Assembly: GCA_902801425.1 (NCBI GenBank)
Contig: CADCIQ010000002.1
Location: forward strand, 16,504 to 80,503
Reading direction: 5' to 3'
DNA: 64,000 bases
DNA from: an uncultured Bacteroidales bacterium
Lineage (GTDB): Bacteria > Bacteroidota > Bacteroidia > Bacteroidales > Bacteroidaceae
The notes under the pieces are model-generated. The model was not told the origin of the DNA. It worked only from the letters and a program-made list of their open reading frames with translations, and ran no database searches. Below, piece after piece: positions 40,782 through 50,227 of this stretch (positions are counted from its first letter, which is position 1; each line of letters begins with the position of its first letter). The position numbers were made by a program, and so were the translations under genes.

Positions 40782-41246
40782 CTATTTCTCGTTAATCCAC
40801 TTTAATATTTGCTCGGCATGGATCTTTGTCTTAATTTCTTTAGGCTGGAACACCTTTTCTATTATCCCCTGTTCGCTTACAAGGTAGGTGGTTCTCAGGA
40901 TTCCTATTGTTTTTCTGCCGCAAGCCACTTTCTCGCCCCAGCATCCCAACTGCTGAAGAAGCGTGGTATCTGTATCCGCTATCAATGGAAAGTCAAGTCC
41001 TTGTGTGTCCGCAAACTTCTTCTGAAGTTCAACTTTGTCTTTGCTCACACCGACGATGCTATATCCCGCGGCTTCCAGTTCTTGCTTGTGGCTCTGCAAC
41101 GAACAAGCCTCTGCCGTGCATCCACTCGTATTCGCTTTCGGATAGCTGTATAGTATCAGCTTCTTTCCTGCGAAATCGCTTGCTTTTATCGTATTCCCGT
41201 TCTGGTCTATTCCCAGGATGTCGGGTATTCTATCACCTATGTCCAT
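40782..41246 (-). CDS. bcp: BCP/PrxQ peroxiredoxin
   Basis: YPKANTSGCTAEAC motif. Confidence 0.9.
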   Translation of the reverse strand: MDIGDRIPDILGIDQNGNTIKASDFAGKKLILYSYPKANTSGCTAEACSLQSHKQELEAAGYSIVGVSKDKVELQKKFADTQGLDFPLIADTDTTLLQQLGCWGEKVACGRKTIGILRTTYLVSEQGIIEKVFQPKEIKTKIHAEQILKWINEK

Positions 41247-41403
41247 AATATAATGTGTATTTATGGTTCTTGTTTGGGTTTATGCTGCAAATGTACACAT
41301 TTTTTTTTATATTTCAAAATTTTTATTGCTTTATTTTGCGTTTTTTTTTGCTTTCACGGAAAAATTGTGTACCTTTGCAGCATAATTAACAATTATTTGG
41401 GAT

Positions 41404-43341
41404 TTGAGAAACTTTTTACGACTATATGCACTACCTTTGCTGATGATGTTCAGTTTTTCGATACAGACATTCGCACAGCCTGTACCGAAGCCTGATTTCG
41501 ATGCTTATTTCCGCACTCTATACGAGAACGCCCTTCAGTATAATCTCGTAAACGATAGTATCTTCCTGCCAACCGACAGGAAGTCGTGGGTGAAGCTCTT
41601 TCTTCGCCGTTCTGACCGACTTCGCGGCATGTTCAAGGAAAACAACCAACTGATAAGGCACATGGAGGACTATGTAAGTCAGGACACCTCTCTTATAGAT
41701 ACTGCTATCTACTACCCTATCAGCCGTACTCTGCACGACATCGTCAGCAAGCAGATTCTGGATCCATTCATTCTTGAGCCTTTCATCAACAAGATGCTGC
41801 CCGACTACGAAAGACGTGGCGGCACGGATATGTATTACATATACAATGCTATCGCTGAGCTCAACTTCCACTATGCCGTTTCCTCTGATACGGCAGGACT
41901 CAGAATCCACACCAAGTATCACAAGAAGATAACAGCGTGGAAATGCGATAATCCGACTATCGATTACTATAAGCTCAAGGCTATATCCTACATAGCTTTG
42001 CTTCGCAACCAACTCGTACAGGAAAAAGTCATCTCAATAGATGAGTTCTACGAGAACTATGAGCGTGCCATAAGATTCAATGACTCCATACCACAGGAAT
42101 ACCGTCATGATCCGATAATACGCACAAACATGGCATGGGCTAACATACGAAAGGACAACATAGTGCACAACTATTACCTTTACTACTACCCCGTAGGTAC
42201 AAACGAAAAGGCTGACTCAATATATCGTGACTATATCGTAAAGTATGAGGGCAGACCTGTAAAGTCGCTTTCAAGGCCGATTTTCACATACCTTATTATA
42301 AAGATGGGCATGGAGCCTGAGAATGCAAATCACTACACATTACTCGCAGACTCCCTCTTCGATAAGGCATACCAATCAAGGATTGACCAGATGATAGCAC
42401 AGCGAATCATATATCCTGGTGATTTGGTACAATATCTCTATGACCTTATATATATGGTGGACACCTCCACCCTACCATTCGATCAGAAGCACGAACTTAT
42501 GTGCAAGTATCTGGAATGTGCCAAGAAGGTGATAACGATCATCATAATGAACAACTCGCAGATGTCATACTCTGCGGTAAGACCTCTCGAGAAATTCACC
42601 ACATACAACCGAGTGATGAAATACCTCACCACGGGCGAGCGAATACGAAACCTGTATCAGCTTTCGGTAACTACTTCCGTCACCACATTCGCCCATTCTC
42701 GCCTCGTAGGCGAACTTGCGCGCGTTATTCTGAAAGGTGTCATAACACATCATCCAGAACTGCTTATCGGTACACTCGACATAAAGTCGGAGAAGGATGC
42801 CATCGCGAGGGCTGCGGAACTTGACAATTTCATAGTTCATGCCGCCAACTATCACGACCTTGGCAAGAACTCCATGATAGGACTTATCAACAACGACTTT
42901 GCACGACTCACAGAACATGGCTTTCGCATCATTCGTCAGCATCCTGAGCTTGGTCTCAAATATCTGGAAATAGACTCTACACTTGCAAGATACCACGACA
43001 TTACCCTCGGCCACCACAAATGGCACGACGGTAAGAGAGGCTATCCAAAGAGTTTCGACAACACGAAGAGTCCCATCTATTTCCTCATCGACATCATAAC
43101 GCTAAGCGACTGTCTTGAGGCTGCTACCGACCGTCTCGGTCGTAATTACAGCAAGGCGAAGCTATACGACTCTCTCATAACGGAGTTTGAGAAAGGTGCT
43201 GGTACACGCTACAATGCTGACCTTGTAAATCTCATCAAGGAGCATCAGGATGTATATTCCAAGATGAAATATATTGTTGAGAAGGCATGGGTGAACAACT
43301 ACTATGACATCTACAAGAATTTCTTCGTAGAAAAGAAATAG
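41404..43341 (+). CDS. Signal-peptide protein with C-terminal HD-GYP-like domain
   Basis: TFAHS...YHDLGK...QHPELG...HHKWHDGKRGYP...SDCLEA; TTG start. Confidence 0.75.
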   Translation: MRNFLRLYALPLLMMFSFSIQTFAQPVPKPDFDAYFRTLYENALQYNLVNDSIFLPTDRKSWVKLFLRRSDRLRGMFKENNQLIRHMEDYVSQDTSLIDTAIYYPISRTLHDIVSKQILDPFILEPFINKMLPDYERRGGTDMYYIYNAIAELNFHYAVSSDTAGLRIHTKYHKKITAWKCDNPTIDYYKLKAISYIALLRNQLVQEKVISIDEFYENYERAIRFNDSIPQEYRHDPIIRTNMAWANIRKDNIVHNYYLYYYPVGTNEKADSIYRDYIVKYEGRPVKSLSRPIFTYLIIKMGMEPENANHYTLLADSLFDKAYQSRIDQMIAQRIIYPGDLVQYLYDLIYMVDTSTLPFDQKHELMCKYLECAKKVITIIIMNNSQMSYSAVRPLEKFTTYNRVMKYLTTGERIRNLYQLSVTTSVTTFAHSRLVGELARVILKGVITHHPELLIGTLDIKSEKDAIARAAELDNFIVHAANYHDLGKNSMIGLINNDFARLTEHGFRIIRQHPELGLKYLEIDSTLARYHDITLGHHKWHDGKRGYPKSFDNTKSPIYFLIDIITLSDCLEAATDRLGRNYSKAKLYDSLITEFEKGAGTRYNADLVNLIKEHQDVYSKMKYIVEKAWVNNYYDIYKNFFVEKK

Positions 43342-43484
43342 TTCTACTCATATCGCCAAAACAAATCGTTCTGTCAGATTATATACCGCCTGCAAAGGCT
43401 AACATCATAAAAAAGTTAATATTTTTGTTCAAAATCTTACAAAAAAAAGATTTGAAATAGACAAAAATTATTATCTTTGCAATA

Positions 43485-43592
43485 ATGTTTTTCATGGTAT
43501 TAGTTTTGTTAGTAGCTGTTAAGCCTGAGAAGGTACACACTACTCTATTTTCATCCACTCCCTCAAAGCGTGAGAGAGTGGATGTATTATTT
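43485..43592 (+). ncRNA. Candidate trans-acting sRNA (FopS-like)
   Basis: TTTG(43451)/TATCTTTG(43472) promoter, 5' TGTTTTTCATGGTATTAG, hairpin catccactc...gagtggatg, no ORF. Confidence 0.5.
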
Positions 43593-43698
43593 TATTCTTA
43601 TCTTACTCTTATGCTACTCTTATGTTACTCTTATGTTACTCTTATCGGGGAATAGGACCTACAACGGATTTAAAGCGGATTTTAAGCGGACTTACAAC
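43592..43698. repeat. Bipartite 11-bp tandem arrays (TTACTCTTATG x5; GGATTTACAAC-like x4)
   Basis: Directly visible. Confidence 0.8.
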
Positions 43699-43825
43699 AA
43701 AGAAATCGAGAATAAAAAAGCATTTATATCATTTTTTCCGCATAACAGACTTGTGTTTGCAAAAAAATTATTACCTTTGCAACATCACAAAACAATCGGT
43801 TGAATACCTAAAACCTCAAACTACA

Positions 43826-44467
43826 ATGGAATTAACAAAAGAAAAGAAAATGTACCTCCGCATCAGAAACCTATGCGGAATCCTCGGCATCGTACTCCCT
43901 TGGCTTGCCCTACTCTCTGCAGGCATAGCCTCACACCCAAGCGATGAATGGTGGTGGAGCATCTCAGCCACCTATTACCAGTCCCCTGCCCTCGTCGGTG
44001 TATTGATACCAGCCTCTCTGGTTCTCATCACATACGTTGGCTATGACAAGCTCGACAACATCATCACCACGCTCAGCGGTATCTTCGGACTCGGCATAGT
44101 GCTTTTCCCATGCAAGGTTAGTTGGATAGAGGCTGGCACACACGTAGGCTTTTTCCAGTTGCCTGTCGAAGTTTCCAACATTCTCCACACGGCATGTGCC
44201 GCCATTTTCTTCCTCCTATTGGCATATAATAGTGCCTTCCTCTTCACCAAGACAGGCGGAGACATGACAGAACGCAAGAAAATACGCAACAAGATTTATA
44301 AATTCTGTGGTTGGGGAATGATAGCCGTGGAGCTATGCTTCGTCCTTCTGGTAATAATACCAACACCAGGCTGGTGGACAATGATTATAGAAATAATATT
44401 GCTCCACCTCTTCGGAGCATCATGGCTCGTTAAAGGTGAAGCAATAAAATGGCTTAATGACGAATAG
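43826..44467 (+). CDS. Membrane protein (DUF998-like)
   Basis: About 6 TM, SISATYY motif; start moved to MELTKEK; TACCTTTG promoter upstream. Confidence 0.65.
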   Translation: MELTKEKKMYLRIRNLCGILGIVLPWLALLSAGIASHPSDEWWWSISATYYQSPALVGVLIPASLVLITYVGYDKLDNIITTLSGIFGLGIVLFPCKVSWIEAGTHVGFFQLPVEVSNILHTACAAIFFLLLAYNSAFLFTKTGGDMTERKKIRNKIYKFCGWGMIAVELCFVLLVIIPTPGWWTMIIEIILLHLFGASWLVKGEAIKWLNDE

Positions 44468-44478
44468 CACATTTATTA

Positions 44479-44525
44479 ATTAAGGAGTTAAAGTTGCAAT
44501 ACACACAACTTTAACTCCTTAATAT
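44479..44525. terminator. Bidirectional hairpin
   Basis: attaaggagttaaagttg/caactttaactccttaat between convergent genes. Confidence 0.7.
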
Positions 44526-44600
44526 TTTTAACATCAAAAAATTAATGCGATATTAACTATTTCAGATAAATCAGATACATCCGCTTCCTTTTTATCTTAC

Positions 44601-45308
44601 TTACTCTTCTTTTTTCTCTTCCTTCTTTTCCTTCTTAAACTCAACCTTCTTCACGTCACCAAACACATTGAATCTATAGCCCAATGAAATCTGGAACACG
44701 TTATGAGTACAACTAACGCCATTTCCAGAAATGGCATTACCAAGACCTATGCTATATTTGACACCGAAAACACAATGGTCAAACTCATAGTTTACACCAA
44801 TAGGGATAGCAAGCACACCACGCTTTGCACCAAAACTTTTCTCAAAAAGCCCCTCATATTTCAAACCATAGCTTTCCTTATATAATTCTGTCACATCCTC
44901 AATATTCTTCAAGGCTACAACATCAGAATGCTGTCCGTAAAACACCTCAGCCTTATCATGCAGCAAGATACCAGGCTCAATACCAACATAGATACCAAGT
45001 CCCCTGACTGGATAGAAATTCGCTGTCACAGGCAGAGTCAGGTAGTCAGTTTTCAGAGTCCAAGGATCATCTGATATACCCTGCTGAGAATAGATAGTAC
45101 CGAGCCCGAAAGAGAACTGACGGTTGATCTGATACTCAAAATCTATTCCTGCGGCAAAGGCCATACGACTGTTAGCCCTTCCCGAATTAGACATACTTGC
45201 AACATTCAAGCCCATCTTTGGGGTGATGGTGAACAGCCCAGGCTGCATCTGAGCAAATCCCGAAATACAAGCAAGCATCATGCCTGCAATCAAAATAAAT
45301 TTCTTCAT
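44601..45308 (-). CDS. Outer-membrane beta-barrel (porin-family) protein
   Basis: Signal peptide, TPKMGLN, YSQQG, FQISLGYRF. Confidence 0.8.
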   Translation of the reverse strand: MKKFILIAGMMLACISGFAQMQPGLFTITPKMGLNVASMSNSGRANSRMAFAAGIDFEYQINRQFSFGLGTIYSQQGISDDPWTLKTDYLTLPVTANFYPVRGLGIYVGIEPGILLHDKAEVFYGQHSDVVALKNIEDVTELYKESYGLKYEGLFEKSFGAKRGVLAIPIGVNYEFDHCVFGVKYSIGLGNAISGNGVSCTHNVFQISLGYRFNVFGDVKKVEFKKEKKEEKKEE

Positions 45309-45380
45309 TAATTTGTCTTATAACTTGTTTCCAATATACCGTACACTAACTTTTTGCAAGTTTACAACTTGCTTTTTTTA

Positions 45381-45505
45381 GTGAAGAGTTAAGAATGAAA
45401 AGTGAAAAATTTGAATTAGCCTGTAAACGAAAAGGCTATTATCCCCCTTGAACAGTAATACAAACTTAAATTCTTCACTATTCACTTTTCACTATTCACT
45501 TTCAA
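45381..45505. repeat. GTGAAGA-family heptamer palindromic element
   Basis: gtgaagagttaagaatgaaaagtgaa / ttcttcactattcacttttcact. Confidence 0.75.
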
Positions 45506-45655
45506 CTTAAGCCATGCGAAAGTTGTAATTCGTGTGCAAAGTTAACAAAAAAATCTCAACTTCACAAACTATTACGTATAAAAGTGCGCAAAACATTTGG
45601 CAGAATGAGAAAGAATGTGTACTTTTGCACCAAAATTTAGAAAAAACCCTAAAAG

Positions 45656-46276
45656 ATGAAAAAGTTTTTAGCAATCGTAGGCCTTGCGCTTACTTGTATT
45701 TCAGGATTTGCCCAGAACGAAGTGGGCAGTCTGTTCGTAACACCCAAAATCGGTCTGAGTGCTGCCAATATGTCAACATTCGATAAAAGCGACTACCGTC
45801 TCGGTTTCACAGCCGGAGCAGAACTCGGTTATCAGGTAATACCCGACTTTTCTGTATCTATCGCTGCTATGTATTCTCAGCAGGGTACAAGCGCAAACAG
45901 CGATTGGTCTGACGGAAAGATAAAGCTCGACTACATCAACATCCCTATCATAGCCAACTATTACTGGGATTACGGAATCACCCTCAAGGTTGGTCTTGAG
46001 CCTGGTATCAACCTTAGTGCTAAGGGTACGGTGAATGCCAACGGACAGAAGCGCGATTGCGACCTCGATGGTGCCGTTATCGATCAATGGGGCAATGCCA
46101 TTCTCGTAAAGCCTGTAGTTGTGGCTCTCCCTGTTGGCATCTCATACGAGAAGAACAATCTCGTCTTCGACCTGCGCTACAACATCGGTCTTACCGAGGC
46201 TCTCAAGTTCAACAATAATCGCGCCACGAACTTCGTGTTCCAGCTCACTCTCGGCTACAAGCTTCCGATCAAGTAG
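45656..46276 (+). CDS. Outer-membrane beta-barrel (porin-family) protein
   Basis: Paralog of 44601-45308: TPKIGL, YSQQG, FDLRYNIGL, FQLTLGYK. Confidence 0.8.
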   Translation: MKKFLAIVGLALTCISGFAQNEVGSLFVTPKIGLSAANMSTFDKSDYRLGFTAGAELGYQVIPDFSVSIAAMYSQQGTSANSDWSDGKIKLDYINIPIIANYYWDYGITLKVGLEPGINLSAKGTVNANGQKRDCDLDGAVIDQWGNAILVKPVVVALPVGISYEKNNLVFDLRYNIGLTEALKFNNNRATNFVFQLTLGYKLPIK

Positions 46277-46282
46277 TTTAAA

Positions 46283-46395
46283 CGAAAAGTGAAGAGTGAA
46301 GAATTTAAGTTAGTATTGCAGTTTAAGGTTGATAATCACCTTTTTGCAATAAAATGTAACTTAAATTCTTCACTCTTCACTTTTCACTTTTCACT
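46283..46395. repeat. GTGAAGA-family heptamer palindromic element
   Basis: gaaaagtgaagagtgaagaatttaagtta / taacttaaattcttcactcttcacttttc. Confidence 0.8.
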
Positions 46396-46402
46396 CCGCG
46401 AT

Positions 46403-47254
46403 TTACGACCTCATGTGAACATCAATCTGCTGGAACGGAATCTCGATACCCTCCTCAGCAAGTCTGTTGTATATCTTTTCAGTAGTATCAAACTTCACGC
46501 CCCAGTAATTGGCTGATTCCGTCCAAACACGCACCTGAAACGAGATTGCACTTGAACCCATGGAAGTCATCGGAATAAATGGCTTCATAGCATCCTGTGT
46601 CATGATCCTGCTATCCTTCAAACAAATATCAAGAAGCACCTTACGAACAACATCTGGCTTAGAACCATAAGCCACCTCAACATCAATATCCACACGACGA
46701 TAAGGTTGCTTTGAATAGTTCTTCAAACTGCCTGTTGCCAAACCGCCATTTGGAATAATGATAGTCTGGTTATCCACCGTAGTGAGAATAGTACTGAATA
46801 TCTGTATCTGATTCACCGTTCCACTATATCCCTGTGCCTCAATAAAATCACCCACACGGAAGGGACGGAACAGCAGTATCATAACGCCACCTGCAAAGTT
46901 CTGCAACGTACCGCTCAATGCCATACCGATAGCAACACCAGCTGAAGCAAACAGAGCCACGAATGAGCTTGTCTCAATGCCAAGCACACCAACGATAGCG
47001 ATTACCAAGACGAAGTGCAGACAGATAGTCAGGAAACTGTCAAGAAAAGAATACAAGGAAGGCTCAATCTGTTTCTTCTGCATCACGGCACGCACCAGTC
47101 GTGTGAGTTTAGAGATAATGAACCTACCAACAAAATAGATAACGATAGCGGCAAGGAGATTCTTACCGAAAGTGACACAATACTGCATCATTGTTTCCAG
47201 AGCCTTATCACTCATAAGCTCCGAAGCTGTTTTGGCAATGTCAATTTCTTCCAT
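46403..47254 (-). CDS. mscS: Small-conductance mechanosensitive channel
   Basis: AGVAIGMAL, NFAGG, RPFRVGD, IPNG, IPFQQ. Confidence 0.9.
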   Translation of the reverse strand: MEEIDIAKTASELMSDKALETMMQYCVTFGKNLLAAIVIYFVGRFIISKLTRLVRAVMQKKQIEPSLYSFLDSFLTICLHFVLVIAIVGVLGIETSSFVALFASAGVAIGMALSGTLQNFAGGVMILLFRPFRVGDFIEAQGYSGTVNQIQIFSTILTTVDNQTIIIPNGGLATGSLKNYSKQPYRRVDIDVEVAYGSKPDVVRKVLLDICLKDSRIMTQDAMKPFIPMTSMGSSAISFQVRVWTESANYWGVKFDTTEKIYNRLAEEGIEIPFQQIDVHMRS

Positions 47255-47477
47255 TTGTTTTAATTATTAAATTAAGTATTATTGATATTCTGCCACAAAG
47301 ATACATATTTCCACACAAACCACCAAATAATACCACAAGAAAAAGCGATTCTATCATTTGTATTTCCGTAATGCAGGATTAACAATAGACAAAACCTATT
47401 ATTCCATACATACAATCATTCGTTATTTTATGATAAATTCCATAACTTTGCATCCAGAAATCAAAACAAACAAAAAT

Positions 47478-47876
47478 ATGGAAAGTAGAAAAGAAAAGGC
47501 AGCAGAACTGAAACGCTGCGGAACACATAACTGTACACAAGCCGTACTATGTACCTACTATGATTATACAGGTCTCGATGAAGACACCATCAAGCACATT
47601 GGCAACGGCTTTGCTGCCGGTATGGGCAACATGGAAGGAACCTGTGGAGCCATCATCGGAGCTGGTATCGTGCTTGGTCTCACAACAAAGGACAAAGCTA
47701 AATCCCTAAAAGGAACGCGCTATATCATGGAAAAATTCCAAGAACGTAATGGTGCCACACAATGCAAACTGTTAAAGGGCATTGGTACAGGCAAGCCTTT
47801 ACGCGAATGTCCGCTCTGCGTGGCTGATGCATCACAATTTCTTGAAGAAATATTAGACAACAATGGCAAAATATAA
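47478..47876 (+). CDS. C_GCAxxG_C_C family protein
   Basis: NCTQAV, TCGAIIG, QCK, C-x2-C; start moved to MESRK. Confidence 0.85.
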   Translation: MESRKEKAAELKRCGTHNCTQAVLCTYYDYTGLDEDTIKHIGNGFAAGMGNMEGTCGAIIGAGIVLGLTTKDKAKSLKGTRYIMEKFQERNGATQCKLLKGIGTGKPLRECPLCVADASQFLEEILDNNGKI

Positions 47877-48054
47877 AGCATACAACGAGCAAGACCGCTG
47901 TGTGGCATGCGGTGTTTGCATGAAAGCATGTCCTAAAGATGCAATCAGCATCTATAAAGGCTGCTATGCCGTAGTGGATGAAAACACCTGCATAGGCTGT
48001 GGAATCTGCGAGAAGAACTGTCCCGCAGGAGTAATGCACAAAGTTTCAAGATAA
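47863..48054 (+). CDS. 2[4Fe-4S] ferredoxin
   Basis: CVACGVCMKACP and CIGCGICEKNCP. Confidence 0.92.
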   Translation: MAKYKAYNEQDRCVACGVCMKACPKDAISIYKGCYAVVDENTCIGCGICEKNCPAGVMHKVSR

Positions 48055-48059
48055 AGATT

Positions 48060-48644
48060 ATGGCAAGACAGAAACCAAAGAAATGGAGCGACTATCTATG
48101 GATAGTCTCCGCAACATACTTCACCCTCGGCTTCTTCAATATCATCTTTGCATGGCTTGGAGTCATCTGTTTCATGATTCCTCTGCTAATGGCAATCTTC
48201 GGAGGAGGCAAAGGCTATTGCAACAATTACTGCGGACGTGGGCAGCTATTCCTTCTGATAGGCAACACATTGGGATGGTCACGCAAAAAGGTAGCCCCAC
48301 GATGGCTGTCAAGCAAATGGTTCAGAAACGGTTTTCTCCTGTTCTTTATGTTCTTCTTCATTCAAATGATATGGCTGACCGTTATGGTGGCAAAGGATAT
48401 TGAATCACTTCACCAGACAATCCACCTACTATGGACATTCAATGTACCTTGGCACTGGGCATATCCAATCGAGATAGAGCCTTGGAAGGCACAATTTGCC
48501 TTTGGACTCTACGGCATCATGCTAACCTCCCTTATTGTCGGAATAATACTCACAATCCTCTATCGTCCTCGCACATGGTGCGTCTTCTGTCCCATGGGAA
48601 ATATGACACAAATGATTTGTAAACTCTCAGCAGACAAGCAATAA
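48060..48644 (+). CDS. Membrane 4Fe-4S binding protein (Fer4_5-like)
   Basis: YCNNYCGRG and WCVFCPMG motifs, TM helices. Confidence 0.8.
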   Translation: MARQKPKKWSDYLWIVSATYFTLGFFNIIFAWLGVICFMIPLLMAIFGGGKGYCNNYCGRGQLFLLIGNTLGWSRKKVAPRWLSSKWFRNGFLLFFMFFFIQMIWLTVMVAKDIESLHQTIHLLWTFNVPWHWAYPIEIEPWKAQFAFGLYGIMLTSLIVGIILTILYRPRTWCVFCPMGNMTQMICKLSADKQ

Positions 48645-48682
48645 AGTCCTCCCCTATAAAGCCTCAAGTACCCCCCAAAATA

Positions 48683-48715
48683 AAATCTCCCATAGATCAA
48701 CTCTACGGGAGATTT
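48683..48715. terminator. Bidirectional terminator
   Basis: aaatctccc/gggagattt between convergent operons. Confidence 0.7.
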
Positions 48716-48746
48716 ATATTTATCCATAATTTACACAGCACAACGA

Positions 48747-48781
48747 CATTTGTACATTGTACATGGTAAATGGTACATGTT
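48747..48781 (-). repeat. Single left arm of the TGTACA family
   Basis: ACATGTACCATTTACCATGTACAATGTACA right after the GGGtGRT stop. Confidence 0.7.
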
Positions 48782-48782
48782 T

Positions 48783-49793
48783 TTACTTCTTGTTCAGAGC
48801 GAGGTCAACATTTACTGCGCAAGCAACTGAGCAACCTACCATTGGGTTGTTACCAATACCGAGGAAGCCCATCATCTCTACGTGTGCAGGAACTGAAGAA
48901 GAACCAGCGAACTGAGCGTCAGAGTGCATACGGCCGAGAGTATCAGTCATACCGTATGATGCAGGACCAGCAGCCATGTTATCTGGGTGAAGTGTACGAC
49001 CTGTACCACCACCTGAAGCTACTGAGAAGTATGGCTTACCAGCACGGATACGCTCCTTCTTGTATGTACCAGCTGTTGGGTGCTGGAAACGTGTTGGGTT
49101 TGTTGAGTTACCAGTGATTGATACATCAACATCTTCCTTCCACATGATTGCTACACCCTCACGAACGTCGTCAGCACCGTAGCAGTTTACAGCTGCACGT
49201 GGACCGTTAGAGTAAGCAATACGCTTAACCTCCTTGAGCTCACCTGTGAAGTAGTCGAACTGTGTCTGTACGTATGTGAAGCCGTTGATACGAGAGATGA
49301 TCATAGCAGCGTCCTTACCGAGACCGTTGAGGATACAACGGAGTGGCTTGTCAGCTGGTCTTGACTTGTTAGCCATCTGAGCGATCTTGATAGCACCCTC
49401 AGCAGCAGCGAATGACTCGTGACCAGCGAGGAATGCGAAACACTTTGTCTCTGGCTCGAGAAGACGAGCAGCGAGCTCACCGTGGCCGATACCAACCTTA
49501 CGGTCGTCAGCTACAGAACCAGGGATACAGAATGACTGGAGACCCTCACCGATATAGTTAGCAGCCTCTACAGCGTCCTTTGCCTTTTCCTTGAGAGCGA
49601 TTGCAGTACCTACAACGTAAGCCCACTTAGCGTTCTCGAAACAGATCATCTGAGTCTCCTCACATGTCTGATATGGGTCGAGACCTGCAGCCTCACAGAT
49701 CTGATTAGCCTCTTCAATAGAAGCGATACCGTGCTTGTTAAGACAAGCGAGGATCTGCTTGATGCGACGATCCTGAGATTCAAACTTTACTTC
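48783..49793 (-). CDS. GGGtGRT protein; native start codon missing
   Basis: ASGGGTGRT motif; frame stays open 5' of the listed ORF as EVKFESQDRRIKQILACLNKHGIASIEEANQICEAAGLDPYQTCEETQ with no in-frame ATG/GTG/TTG before a TGA at 49839-49841. Confidence 0.85.
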   Translation of the reverse strand, partial: EVKFESQDRRIKQILACLNKHGIASIEEANQICEAAGLDPYQTCEETQMICFENAKWAYVVGTAIALKEKAKDAVEAANYIGEGLQSFCIPGSVADDRKVGIGHGELAARLLEPETKCFAFLAGHESFAAAEGAIKIAQMANKSRPADKPLRCILNGLGKDAAMIISRINGFTYVQTQFDYFTGELKEVKRIAYSNGPRAAVNCYGADDVREGVAIMWKEDVDVSITGNSTNPTRFQHPTAGTYKKERIRAGKPYFSVASGGGTGRTLHPDNMAAGPASYGMTDTLGRMHSDAQFAGSSSVPAHVEMMGFLGIGNNPMVGCSVACAVNVDLALNKK

Positions 49794-50175
49794 TTGAGGT
49801 CTGTCCAGTCTGCATTTCGTATTTTTTGCGTGTATAAATCAAAGACTGAAGCATTCTCATAACATTGTCGTTCAAATCCTCCAACTGATGAAATTCCTCC
49901 TCAGTTATGTACTCCTCGTTTCTGGCTATCAAAATCTGAGTATCCAGTTCGTTTGAAGAACCTAACGCAATATGCAGGAAATGTATCAGGTCAGGATTTG
50001 ATGCTCTGCCGTAACCCTCTGCTATATTAGAAGGTATAGAGACTGCTGCTCTTTGCATCTGACTGCTAAGTCCAAACACTTCATAGCGTGGGAACTTTCG
50101 GGTCATCTTATAGACCAGCGAAACCAAGGCCATGGAGTACTGCCATACTTGCAGGTTTTTGTGAGGACCCATCAT
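49780..50175 (-). CDS. Four-helix-bundle protein (23S rRNA IVP / Avd-like)
   Basis: LQVWQ...FP..EVFGLSSQMQRAAVSIPSNIAEG...FLHIALGSSNELDTQ; upstream AAGGTTNT 8-mer array 50181-50215. Confidence 0.92.
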   Translation of the reverse strand: MMGPHKNLQVWQYSMALVSLVYKMTRKFPRYEVFGLSSQMQRAAVSIPSNIAEGYGRASNPDLIHFLHIALGSSNELDTQILIARNEEYITEEEFHQLEDLNDNVMRMLQSLIYTRKKYEMQTGQTSRSKV

Positions 50176-50227
50176 ACATGCAGACCTTAAAACCTTATAA
50201 CCTTACAACCTTGAACCGTCGTTAGAC

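Noticed and set aside
49821-49829. Slippery A-run causing the four-helix/GGGtGRT fusion
   Set aside because: Only A6, and the required shift is +1 rather than the canonical -1; kept only as a weak alternative
20883-50175. Diversity-generating retroelement (Avd-like genes present)
   Set aside because: No reverse transcriptase and no template/variable repeat pair with adenine-specific mismatches seen
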